Source of the DNA: a bacterium
GTDB lineage: Bacteria > Oederibacteriota > PGYV01 > Palsa-1178
NCBI GenBank assembly: GCA_037138355.1
Contig: JBAXIL010000018.1
Location: 1 to 30,900, forward strand
Length of the DNA stretch: 30,900 bases
Direction: 5' to 3'
A model generated the notes under the pieces. The model did not search any database. It saw nothing but the letters and a program-made list of their open reading frames with translations, and had not been told where the DNA came from. A program made the position numbers and the translations under genes. Every line of letters begins with the position of its first letter. Position 1 is the first letter of the stretch. Shown here one piece after another: positions 20,645 to 29,390 of this stretch.

Positions 20645-21118
20645 TTAGGGTTGAAAAAATGTTGCAGCCCCGTATAAATTGTTTTTCCAATATTTTGTCT
20701 CAACATCTGCTTTTCGAACTTTTTTACCTTGAGATGGTGCATGTATAAACTTTCCGTCTCCTAAATATATGCCTACATGAGTTGCGCCAGGTCCGCTTGT
20801 AGAAAAAAATAAAAGATCCCCTTCTTTGGCATATTTAAGTTCGATTTTTCTCGCCTTTTTGTATTGCGTGTCTGTGGTCCGAGGTATAATTATTCCAGCC
20901 TCTTTATAGGCATAATATACTAAACCTGAACAATCAAAGCCCTCTGATGGCGCAGTACCTGAGTAAACATAGTTTCTATCTAACATATTTGTGGCAAATC
21001 TCGCTATGATTGACCTTTGACTATCCTCGTGAGTTTTAAAAGAGGCACAAGAAGTAAAAATATAAGTACTGATTATGGAAAGCATTGTGAATATAATTAG
21101 TTTATTTATTCTGGTCAT
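20645..21118 (-). CDS. NlpC/P60 (C40) peptidase, lipoprotein
   Basis: FTSC lipobox, FDCSGL, GDLLFF, HVGIY, FIHA motifs; start ATG 21118 overlaps the recO end. Confidence 0.92.
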   Translation of the reverse strand: MTRINKLIIFTMLSIISTYIFTSCASFKTHEDSQRSIIARFATNMLDRNYVYSGTAPSEGFDCSGLVYYAYKEAGIIIPRTTDTQYKKARKIELKYAKEGDLLFFSTSGPGATHVGIYLGDGKFIHAPSQGKKVRKADVETKYWKNNLYGAATFFQP

Positions 21119-21779
21119 GCCGTAGGCCGTCAATAAATTTGGTGCTAAAGACATCTTCCCCAAGTGTGTAAATTATATAAGCATCCACAGCAAAGTTAAT
21201 ATCGTTTATAACAGTAAGTTCTAAGTTAAGCTTGGACGCATCGGGAGATGACTGAATTTTACCACAAAGTTCTGTTAGCTCTATACTTATATTGCTGTCT
21301 TTTAAATACTGAGTGTCTTTGGCTATGTCGTATCCTGCGTATTTTAATATCATAAGCTTAAAATAACTTTCGATATTTTCTATGTTGAGAAAATTATCAG
21401 CCTCTACCATATCCAATAGCTGTCTTGAGGCATCATAAAGCTCATCGTCAGGGTCTTCTATTTCTGTAAACTTATTTAATAATTCTACAACCAGATAGCA
21501 AAACCCTATTTTTCTAAGCGAAAGACGCATGTTTTGAAACATTTGAACTGGCTCTGCGTTTATTAAGGTGAAATACCTTGAATCTTTTTTTGATTTTAAT
21601 AGTTGGTAATTATTTATAGAAAAAAGTTCAAGGACAGGTTTGAGCTTGCTCGTAGATTTACGAGTACCTTTGGAAGTCACCATAACCTTACCTAAATCTC
21701 TGGTGAAAATATATGTCAGGTCGTCTTTTTCACCAGACCTGTAACTTTTTAAAACTATACCTTCAGTTTTAAGCTCCAT
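21102..21779 (-). CDS. recO: DNA repair protein RecO
   Basis: TEGIVLKS...GEKD...FTRDLGKV...KGTRKSTSKL...LELFS OB-fold N-terminus. Confidence 0.88.
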   Translation of the reverse strand: MELKTEGIVLKSYRSGEKDDLTYIFTRDLGKVMVTSKGTRKSTSKLKPVLELFSINNYQLLKSKKDSRYFTLINAEPVQMFQNMRLSLRKIGFCYLVVELLNKFTEIEDPDDELYDASRQLLDMVEADNFLNIENIESYFKLMILKYAGYDIAKDTQYLKDSNISIELTELCGKIQSSPDASKLNLELTVINDINFAVDAYIIYTLGEDVFSTKFIDGLRHDQNK

Positions 21780-21794
21780 TTGTTCTCCGAATTT

Positions 21795-22199
21795 CTAATA
21801 GTACCCTTCTGTTAAGTTTAGAATTCCATTTCCAGAACCAATTGCCACACCAGCAACAATCATAAGAATCAAACAAATAAACATAAACAATAAACCGACA
21901 AGCATAATTATTAAACATTTTTTACCAAAACTTTTTGTTACAGGTTCTGTCTGTGAATAAAATATTACACCAAAGATAAAACCAACAATTGGTATTAAAG
22001 AAAGCATGTAACTAAGTATTTTCAAAAAGCCAGTTGGTGGCAATAGCGAAGGTTTTACTGAAACAGGTGTTAATATGGCACAGGTCTCGCAATAGTGTTT
22101 GTTCTCTCTGACTAAACCTTTATTTTCTGGTATGAGTAAACCGCAATTAGTACAAACAGCAGCATACTTGACTTCTGGTTCAATGACTTTTTTTGCCAT
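21795..22199 (-). CDS. Hypothetical membrane protein with N-terminal Cys4 zinc-finger-like motif
   Basis: CTNC...CETC followed by two TM helices; ATG 22199 behind AGGAG. Confidence 0.75.
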   Translation of the reverse strand: MAKKVIEPEVKYAAVCTNCGLLIPENKGLVRENKHYCETCAILTPVSVKPSLLPPTGFLKILSYMLSLIPIVGFIFGVIFYSQTEPVTKSFGKKCLIIMLVGLLFMFICLILMIVAGVAIGSGNGILNLTEGYY

Positions 22200-22246
22200 T
22201 TTGGTTCTCCTATTGGTTATGTAATTGTTTAATAGCAAAGTATTTT

Positions 22247-22274
22247 GTAGGGGCGAGACTATGCCCGCCCCTAC
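22247..22274. repeat. GTAG-type REP-like palindrome
   Basis: GTAGGGGCG-N10-CGCCCCTAC perfect 9-bp arms beginning with GTAG; U-tract only on the plus strand, opposite to local gene direction. Confidence 0.55.
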
Positions 22275-22284
22275 TATTTTTTTG

Positions 22285-22851
22285 TTAGAACTTAACTTCA
22301 GGGACTACTTTTGCTTTTTCTTCGGCTTTAAAATAAGCATCCTTTTGCTGGAAGCCAAACATGCCTGCTAACATATTTCCTGGAAACATTCTTACTGTCA
22401 TATTATAACCCTTTACTATTTCATTATACTTCATTCTCTCTACAGCAATTCTGTTTTCAGTTCCTGCCAATTCGTCCTGAAGCGCCATGAAGTTTTCATT
22501 GGCCTTAAGTTGTGGATAATTTTCAGCGATTGCAAGTAATCTTCCTAAAGCAGAATCAAGTGCTCCGGCAGCTTTTGCCTTATCATTAATAGTTTTTGCA
22601 CCAAGCAAAGCAGCGCGGGCATTTGCCACATTCTCAAAAATCTCTTTTTCGTGTTTGGCATAACCTTTAACTGTGTTTACCAGGTTCGGAATAAGATCAG
22701 ACCTGCGCTGAAGAACATTTTCTACCTGTGCCCAAGCACCCTTAATGCTTTCGTCATAAGTCACGAGCTTATTGTAAGTCCCCATAAACAAACCTCCGAG
22801 CAATACAACAAGAACAACAACCCCAATCAGTACTTTCGTTCCGGTTTTCAT
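22285..22851 (-). CDS. lemA: LemA family protein
   Basis: N-terminal TM, QRRSDLIPNLV, ENYPQLKAN, ELAGTENRI motifs. Confidence 0.95.
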   Translation of the reverse strand: MKTGTKVLIGVVVLVVLLGGLFMGTYNKLVTYDESIKGAWAQVENVLQRRSDLIPNLVNTVKGYAKHEKEIFENVANARAALLGAKTINDKAKAAGALDSALGRLLAIAENYPQLKANENFMALQDELAGTENRIAVERMKYNEIVKGYNMTVRMFPGNMLAGMFGFQQKDAYFKAEEKAKVVPEVKF

Positions 22852-22875
22852 GTGTCAAATCCTCCTATGTGATTT

Positions 22876-23580
22876 TTATTTCTTTTTATCTATTATGTCT
22901 GCAAGCCTTTCTATCTCTATCATATACTCGTTAAAAATACTTTCTACTTCATTTTGTTTAAAATCTGATTTCTGTTCTTTTACCGATAGTATGCGCTTAA
23001 ATAAATCCTTATTCAGTTTCAAAATTTTTGGAGCTGCTTCTATTATATCACTTTTTTTTATTGGTGCAACTTTGCTGTATAGCCGTATTACGCCTTTTAA
23101 TAGCGCAATAAAGGTTGAGATAGAACGAATCAATAATATTTTAATTTTAGCAGTATTTCCACCTGTAAGTATGAAGGATTGTCTTAACCTTATTAACTTG
23201 CTTTTCAGTTCTCTTTCAATTTCCAACCTTAAATTTTTTGAATCTATTTTCATTGTTTTGAAGTAATCTTTTCCGTAGAGTAGTATATTATTTTCTTTAA
23301 TGTCAAGAAACTCCACAGGGAAAATATCTACAGATGCCAACATACTATCACGGGTAAATATCAAAGGAATTGGTTGCCCCTTTTTGACCCATTCATTTAT
23401 AGGTTTGGCTATATGTTTTAAAGTATTAGTATCTACCGTCCCCATAACCATAAGGGTATTATAATCAGAATGCTTATAAATCTCTCCAGTTGCCGCAGAA
23501 CCATAAACCACAAATGCTTTTAAGTTCTCACCAAGTGCTGACTTAATCTGTCCTGCAAATCTTTCCAATATTTTTTCCAT
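22876..23580 (-). CDS. Pol-beta-superfamily nucleotidyltransferase-like protein
   Basis: VYGSAATGE...SDYN NTase-like motif, DIFPVEFLDI, helical C-terminal domain. Confidence 0.75.
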   Translation of the reverse strand: MEKILERFAGQIKSALGENLKAFVVYGSAATGEIYKHSDYNTLMVMGTVDTNTLKHIAKPINEWVKKGQPIPLIFTRDSMLASVDIFPVEFLDIKENNILLYGKDYFKTMKIDSKNLRLEIERELKSKLIRLRQSFILTGGNTAKIKILLIRSISTFIALLKGVIRLYSKVAPIKKSDIIEAAPKILKLNKDLFKRILSVKEQKSDFKQNEVESIFNEYMIEIERLADIIDKKK

Positions 23581-23609
23581 AAAACCTCCTTAAGTTCATA
23601 TATATATAA

Positions 23610-24368
23610 CTACCATCCACCACTGGCGCCGCCGCCACCGCTGGAACCACCACCAAAACCACCAAAGCCACCACCAAAACCGCCTCCACTACCGCCACCA
23701 CTTCTGCCGCTGGTCAATAATAATAAAAATAACCAAGGGTGCCTGATAAATACAATAAGCATTATAATCATAAATATCGCTGAAAAAATCTTTTGAATAA
23801 GAGTTAATTTTACAGGAACCTGCGTCTCAATCGCATTTGATTGACCTGAAAGCTGAACATTATATTCTGCGGCTATTTTACTTGCAACTATATATGTGCC
23901 TGCGAAAATAGCTCCCGAAGAATCATTATTGCGCATGCGAGGCGTCATTATTTCGCGAATTATTCTGCCAGCCATACCATCTGGGATTACACCTTCTATA
24001 CCATAACCCGTTTCTATCCGTATTTTGCGGTCAGCAACTGCGACTAAAATAATCGCACCATTATCTTTGCCTTTTTTTCCTACTCCCCACTTAGTAAATA
24101 GCTTGTTGGTAAAATCAGCGACTTCCTCGCCTTCAAGGGATGGGATAGTAACTACTGCTATTTCTGCAGTTGTCTTATCATTAAGTTCGCCAATAAGGGC
24201 AGTAATCTTTTGATTAGTTGTTGCGTCTATGATTCCAGCAAAGTCATTTACCCAGCCTGACTGTTTTAAAGCATCTGCAGACAAGCCAAAAGCATTAAAA
24301 GAAGCTGCGACAAAAACAACTGTGAGAGATAGCAATAATATAACTTTATAAAATAGTTTTTTATTCAT
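23610..24368 (-). CDS. TPM-domain (YgcG/TLP18.3) membrane protein with Gly-rich tail
   Basis: VNDFAG, WGVGKKGKDNG, RIETGYGIEG, GGGSSGGGGASGGW tail. Confidence 0.95.
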   Translation of the reverse strand: MNKKLFYKVILLLSLTVVFVAASFNAFGLSADALKQSGWVNDFAGIIDATTNQKITALIGELNDKTTAEIAVVTIPSLEGEEVADFTNKLFTKWGVGKKGKDNGAIILVAVADRKIRIETGYGIEGVIPDGMAGRIIREIMTPRMRNNDSSGAIFAGTYIVASKIAAEYNVQLSGQSNAIETQVPVKLTLIQKIFSAIFMIIMLIVFIRHPWLFLLLLTSGRSGGGSGGGFGGGFGGFGGGSSGGGGASGGW

Positions 24369-24374
24369 GGAAAG

Positions 24375-24383
24375 AGTATAGCA
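24375..24383 (-). promoter_or_regulatory. Extended -10 element positioned for leaderless transcription of the TPM gene
   Basis: Minus strand TGC-TATACT-CTTTCC-ATG; no SD before the ATG. Confidence 0.6.
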
Positions 24384-24426
24384 TAAATTTCCTTATGTTG
24401 AAAATTAGATTTTGTTAGAATTAAAC

Positions 24427-26022
24427 CTATTCGTAGGCGGTCCAGTCAATATCTGGGAAAATATTATCTTTCCATTCCATCTCATTGAGATAGTTTGTGT
24501 CAATATTTCCAGACATTAACATTTCATAAAGTTTGGTAAAGCGGAATATGTGTTGCAAGGTTCTTTTCACTGCATATTGCACAGTGGTTTTGGTCTGCAT
24601 TATGAAAGCCCAATCAGATGACTGCGCGAGTAAGATTTCCCTTGCTGCTTGTTTTAAAGCGCGTTCTTCATCTGCAGTGCGCGGTTTGTTCATATATATG
24701 CCTGTGAGTTCTTTCATGCGGGAATATGTCTTATGCAGATGCTTATATACCCAGTCATTTGATTCATTGAGCCAATATTCAGCATAACCTTTATATCCCC
24801 AACTTGAATAAGCCGGTGTGACGACTTGATTCTTTGGGAACTTTTCCAGATACTCTGAAGGCGTAATCATTTTAAAAGTATTCTGGTCATAAAAAGTTTT
24901 TCTCATAAGATAGTCAATAAATTGTGGACCTTCATACCACCAGTGTCCGAAAAGCTCTGCATCATACGGTGCAACTATTATTGGTTCTCGTTTCATTAAG
25001 GCCTTTAAGTGTTGTACTAGTTTTTCTCTATTGTGCATAAAGTTCCCTGCATGTGATGCCGCAATTTCAGTTGCAGCTGCTGGGTCATAAGGATGTTTAT
25101 CAGATAAGTCCATTTTACCGGAGATTTTATAATATTTCATTCCGGTATTCATTCTAATACCGCTCTCATGTATGTATGGTTTTATATAATCATAGTCTAA
25201 GTCATATCCGATATCGCGGTAGAACTCTCTATAATTAACATCTCCAGGATAACCTTCTTTGGCACTCCAAACCTGCTTGGATGATTCCATATCGCGACCA
25301 AAAGCTGCCACTCCGGACTTACAATATACTGGCGCAAAAACTCCGTATTTTGGTTTTGGATTTCCATAAAGTATTCCGTGTGTATCTACGAGAAAATATC
25401 TTATGCCGTATTTTTTTAATATTTCATCATCGCCAGGATTATAGCCGCACTCTGGAAGCCATATTCCGCGAGGTTTCTTGCCCATATGTTGAGTATAGTG
25501 GTCAACTGCGATTTTTACCTGTGCGTTTACTGCATTACGGTCAGCGGAAAGTGGCAAAAAGCCATGTGTAGCGCCGCAAGTTATGATTTCGAGTTTTCCC
25601 TGTTCTTGTATTTGTTTAAAACCTTCGACTAAATCTTTATTATATTTTTCCCCAAAGACATATCTGGCATTGTAAAACTTTTCGCGATACATAACTGCAG
25701 TGCGATTGTAGTGAGGTTCAAACTTTGTTCTTAAAACTTCCTTCTCGGCAAGCTCTATCATTTTATTGATATGACGCATATATCTGTCCTGAAGAAGTGG
25801 ATCTTTAAGCATTGCCATAAGTGGTGGAGTTATAGACATAGTGATTCTGAAATCCACTCCGTCTTCTATGAGTTTATTATAGACATTAAGTAAAGGTATA
25901 TAAGTTTCGGTTATGGCTTCATACAGCCAATATTCTTCCATAGGGTCGTTATACTCAGGGTGTCTTACAAATGGAAGATGCGCATGTAGAACAAGTGCCA
26001 GATAGCCGTCAGGTTGATTCAT
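24427..26022 (-). CDS. GH57 1,4-alpha-glucan branching enzyme-type protein
   Basis: HAHLPFV, EAITETYIP, GIWLPECG, PYDAELFGHWWYEG, AQSSDWAF conserved GH57 regions. Confidence 0.93.
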   Translation of the reverse strand: MNQPDGYLALVLHAHLPFVRHPEYNDPMEEYWLYEAITETYIPLLNVYNKLIEDGVDFRITMSITPPLMAMLKDPLLQDRYMRHINKMIELAEKEVLRTKFEPHYNRTAVMYREKFYNARYVFGEKYNKDLVEGFKQIQEQGKLEIITCGATHGFLPLSADRNAVNAQVKIAVDHYTQHMGKKPRGIWLPECGYNPGDDEILKKYGIRYFLVDTHGILYGNPKPKYGVFAPVYCKSGVAAFGRDMESSKQVWSAKEGYPGDVNYREFYRDIGYDLDYDYIKPYIHESGIRMNTGMKYYKISGKMDLSDKHPYDPAAATEIAASHAGNFMHNREKLVQHLKALMKREPIIVAPYDAELFGHWWYEGPQFIDYLMRKTFYDQNTFKMITPSEYLEKFPKNQVVTPAYSSWGYKGYAEYWLNESNDWVYKHLHKTYSRMKELTGIYMNKPRTADEERALKQAAREILLAQSSDWAFIMQTKTTVQYAVKRTLQHIFRFTKLYEMLMSGNIDTNYLNEMEWKDNIFPDIDWTAYE

Positions 26023-26028
26023 ATAATA

Positions 26029-27162
26029 TTATTCTGTCTTCCTCTCTACTGAGATTTTGATTGTGATTTTATCTACTTTATCAGCCGACACAGCTTCTAC
26101 CGGCAGCTTAATAGTACCGTTTGGCAAATGAAATCTAAGTGAAAATGAACCATCTGGTTTTAAATCTACCTTTTCGCCTTTTACAGTGAGCTTTGCATCT
26201 TTTTCAGTATTTCCGTAAAGAATAAGTTCTGTGTCAGCGTTAAGAAAAAAACCGCGGTTTTTTTTGTTTGGTGAAGAAGATGTTGCATTTGAAAAACTAC
26301 TTACATTACCAGAAGATAAATCAGACTTTAATCTATCTTTTAGACCTTCTGAAGACCCCATAGGAGAGCGCGACTTATCTCCTCCGCCTGAAATCCTAAA
26401 TATTTCTTCAAAATCTTCGTCAACAATCATCCACTCTTCGTCAGTGTGTGGGGACACATCTTCAGTAGGAGCAATCACAGGATTTGATCTTGAAAGAAGT
26501 ACGAACTTACCTGATGCTGTTTTGTATCCAATATCCACAACATAAGACCTACCTGCTTCCCAAACATTGATATACCAGTTTCCTGCTTCTCCGCTTACTT
26601 GTATGTCAACGAATTTGTGAGAGTTGGAACCATTGAAATTGACATCCGTAATATCATATACCCGCAAGACCAGGTCATATTTTTCATTTATTGTTTTTCT
26701 TTTTGATTCCATAAGGCCGATTGACAGGTCCCAATAAACATAACACCAGTTAGGGTCACGAGTCATAAGAACGATTCTGTCGTCACCGTATTTTTCAGGA
26801 ATAGTGGTTTCGTGTCTTTCGGTAAGTATTTGTGGCTTAACTTCGACTTCTGTGTCTTTAGCTTCTGCCTTAATAAACTTCGTAGCAGATATCTGAGTTT
26901 CTTCTGCATCTTCATCAGTAATAGGTGTGGCAATGTTTTTAATTTTCTTAATTGCTGTTTTTTTAATTACTTTGGTTTTTACTTTAACTGATGGTTTGTA
27001 GGTGGAGGGGTTTTTAGTTTCTGAAATAATTTCTTCTGGCTGATTTTTTAAAAGTGTTTTATCAGCAGTTTTTTTTGTAACAGTCTTTTTCACAGTTTTC
27101 TTTTTTACAACCCCATCTATCTCTGGCAATTCTTTGCCAGAGTCTTTGTCTTTTTTCGCCAT
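26029..27162 (-). CDS. DUF4912-domain protein with Lys-rich N-terminus
   Basis: YGDDRIVLMTRDPNWCYVYW, LRVYD, SRSNPV, ADTELILYG motifs; typical neighbour of GH57; ATG 27162 behind AGGTGG. Confidence 0.85.
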   Translation of the reverse strand: MAKKDKDSGKELPEIDGVVKKKTVKKTVTKKTADKTLLKNQPEEIISETKNPSTYKPSVKVKTKVIKKTAIKKIKNIATPITDEDAEETQISATKFIKAEAKDTEVEVKPQILTERHETTIPEKYGDDRIVLMTRDPNWCYVYWDLSIGLMESKRKTINEKYDLVLRVYDITDVNFNGSNSHKFVDIQVSGEAGNWYINVWEAGRSYVVDIGYKTASGKFVLLSRSNPVIAPTEDVSPHTDEEWMIVDEDFEEIFRISGGGDKSRSPMGSSEGLKDRLKSDLSSGNVSSFSNATSSSPNKKNRGFFLNADTELILYGNTEKDAKLTVKGEKVDLKPDGSFSLRFHLPNGTIKLPVEAVSADKVDKITIKISVERKTE

Positions 27163-27188
27163 TTGAGTTTCCACCTTTAATAAATGAA

Positions 27189-27217
27189 ATAGTAATTTTA
27201 CAATGTAAAATTACTAT
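27189..27217. promoter_or_regulatory. Perfect 14-1-14 inverted repeat (operator candidate) upstream of DUF4912-GH57
   Basis: ATAGTAATTTTACA-A-TGTAAAATTACTAT. Confidence 0.55.
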
Positions 27218-27269
27218 AACAAAACATAGATATCTGTTTGTTAAGAATTGGTTAATGTTTGTTTAATTT

Positions 27270-27569
27270 CTATGCGTTCCCTGTTCCGGTCATAGAATCA
27301 GCAAGAATCTGAATAAGATCTTTGCCAGGTTTGAATTTTACTACTTTTTTTGCCGGAACATTTACTTTATCTCCGGTCTTTGGATTGCGTGCAAGTCTGG
27401 CATTTCTTTCTTTGATTGAAAAAGAACCAAGACCTGTCAGTGAAACTTTTTCATTTGCTTTTAAAGCGTCCTGCGAAATTTTTACAAAACTGTCTAACAC
27501 TTTTTCGATGTCTTTTTTCGGTAATGCAACATTTTCTCCGATTTTGTCTACCATTTCGATTTTTGTCAT
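27270..27569 (-). CDS. hup: HU family DNA-binding protein
   Basis: MTKIEMV, GLGSF, ARNPKTG, KFKPGK motifs; ATG 27569 behind AGGAGG. Confidence 0.95.
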   Translation of the reverse strand: MTKIEMVDKIGENVALPKKDIEKVLDSFVKISQDALKANEKVSLTGLGSFSIKERNARLARNPKTGDKVNVPAKKVVKFKPGKDLIQILADSMTGTGNA

Positions 27570-27601
27570 AGTTTGATTCCCTCCTTTCTCATTTTTGTTA
27601 T

Positions 27602-27629
27602 ATTTTACAGGAATAAAACGAAAAGTCAA
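27602..27629 (-). promoter_or_regulatory. Putative HU promoter
   Basis: Minus strand TTGACT (27629-27624), 16 nt, TAAAAT (27607-27602). Confidence 0.65.
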
Positions 27630-27732
27630 GGGGAATTTTGAGCAAAATAAGGTTGAAATAAACATCATATATATATAATACACTTAAAATTTCAAAAAAA
27701 TAAAAACTTTCTATTGTATAAATTTAAACAAA

Positions 27733-28218
27733 CTACTTTTTATACTTTGCTTTTATCTTTCCGGCCACATAAGGATGCACGAACTCTTTCACATCCCCAA
27801 AGTGCCCTGCTATTTCTTTGACTGCGGATGAAGAAATATAGAGATATTTTTCATCTGGCATCATATATATAAGTTCTATATCGTCGCCCATCATTTTTTT
27901 ATTTAGCAAAGCCAACTGAAACTCATATTCAAAATCAGATATAGCCCTAAGACCTCTTATCACGAGTCTCTTCTTTGATTTTTTCATATATTCAACGAGT
28001 AGTCCGCCATAGCTTTCAACTTTAACGCCCTTCAAGTTTTTAACAACATGCTTAATCATATCTATGCGTTCTTCAGTAGAAAATAAAGGATTCTTTTGAA
28101 CGCCTTCAGCCACAGCCACTGTCACTTCGTCATACATTTTTGAAGCTCTTTCTATAATATCCATGTGCCCTTTAGTTATAGGGTCGAAAGTTCCTGGGTA
28201 AACTACTTTTCTTTTCAT
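27733..28218 (-). CDS. coaD: Pantetheine-phosphate adenylyltransferase
   Basis: YPGTFDPITKGH, RGLRAISDFEYE, ISSSAVKE motifs; ATG 28218 behind AGGAGG. Confidence 0.97.
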   Translation of the reverse strand: MKRKVVYPGTFDPITKGHMDIIERASKMYDEVTVAVAEGVQKNPLFSTEERIDMIKHVVKNLKGVKVESYGGLLVEYMKKSKKRLVIRGLRAISDFEYEFQLALLNKKMMGDDIELIYMMPDEKYLYISSSAVKEIAGHFGDVKEFVHPYVAGKIKAKYKK

Positions 28219-28231
28219 ATAAACCTCCTGA

Positions 28232-29083
28232 TTATTTGTGCGCGTTCTTCTGCATAAAAAATGCTTCATAAGTATTACTCATAAGCATAGCTCTTGTCAT
28301 AAGTCCGACTCCGCCGGGTACTGGTGTTATAAAAGCCGCTTTTTCTTTTACCGCATCAAAATCCACATCTCCGCACAACTTTCCACTGTCATCTCTGTTC
28401 ATTCCTACATCTATTACTATCGCTCCGTCTTTAACCATATCTGCTTTTACAAATTTCGCTTTTCCAATTGCCGCTACCAATATATCTGCCTGTTTAGTGA
28501 TAGACGCCAAATCTTTTGTGCGTGAATGACAGATTGTAACAGTTGCATGTTCAGCAAGTAAAAGTATTGCCATTGGTTTTCCAACGATATTGCTTCTACC
28601 AATTACAACAGCGTTTTTTCCTTTAATCTCAATCCCTGTAGCTTTTATCATTTCCATACAACCTTTTGGTGTACATGCAACTAAACCCTTACTTCCTGTG
28701 AAAAGCCTTCCTGCGCTATTATAAGTAAAACCGTCCACATCTTTCATAGGGTCTATAGAGTTTGTTATGAGTTCTTCATTGAGATGTTCTGGTAATGGCA
28801 ACTGAACCAAAATGCCATTAATTTCTTTTTTTGCATTAAGTTCTTTAATGAGTTTTAAAATGTGTTCTTGCGGAGTATTTTCTGGCAACCTGTACAGTTC
28901 AGAAAGATAGCCTACTTCAAGAGCGTCTTTTTCCTTGCCCCCTACATAAACTTTTGAACCAGCATCTTCGCCTACAAGTATTACAGCAAGACCTGGTTTA
29001 ATTCCCTGTTGTGTAATTTTCTGTTTCAATGCTGTTTTAATTGCCGCAGACATTGTTTTTCCATCAAGTATTTTCGCACTCAT
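28232..29083 (-). CDS. folD: Bifunctional methylenetetrahydrofolate dehydrogenase/cyclohydrolase
   Basis: GILVQLPLP, KDVDG, CTPKG, GRSNIVGKP, TPVPGGVG motifs. Confidence 0.97.
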   Translation of the reverse strand: MSAKILDGKTMSAAIKTALKQKITQQGIKPGLAVILVGEDAGSKVYVGGKEKDALEVGYLSELYRLPENTPQEHILKLIKELNAKKEINGILVQLPLPEHLNEELITNSIDPMKDVDGFTYNSAGRLFTGSKGLVACTPKGCMEMIKATGIEIKGKNAVVIGRSNIVGKPMAILLLAEHATVTICHSRTKDLASITKQADILVAAIGKAKFVKADMVKDGAIVIDVGMNRDDSGKLCGDVDFDAVKEKAAFITPVPGGVGLMTRAMLMSNTYEAFFMQKNAHK

Positions 29084-29390
29084 ATAATCACCTTTCTATT
29101 ATTGATTTTGTATTATTATAAAACAAAAGGGCAACTAAGTAAACATAAAAGGCTTTAGAGAATCAAATCATATTTGAATGTTTTGAAATGGCACATGAAT
29201 TTAGAGAGAGTTTCCATAAGAACAACAGTTATAAATATTAAGTTTAATTATAGAGGATAAAATCATAGGATTTATGGTGAGAATTATGGGTTTTGAGTTT
29301 GGATGAAGTTATTGATAGTGCTTCCTAAGAAAATTTTGAATGACCATAATGGAAGATCTTTGCAACTGTAATTTTTACTTAAATCTAAAT

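Noticed and set aside
23611..23710. CCACCA/CCGCC low-complexity repeats
   Set aside because: They encode the normal Gly-rich tail of TPM proteins
28501..28509. 9-nt match TAGACGCCA between folD and repeat copy 1 (29491-29499)
   Set aside because: Too short; expected by chance between regions of this size
29084..29390. AT-rich spacer that might be a decayed plus-strand gene
   Set aside because: Only short broken reading frames with no recognisable homology
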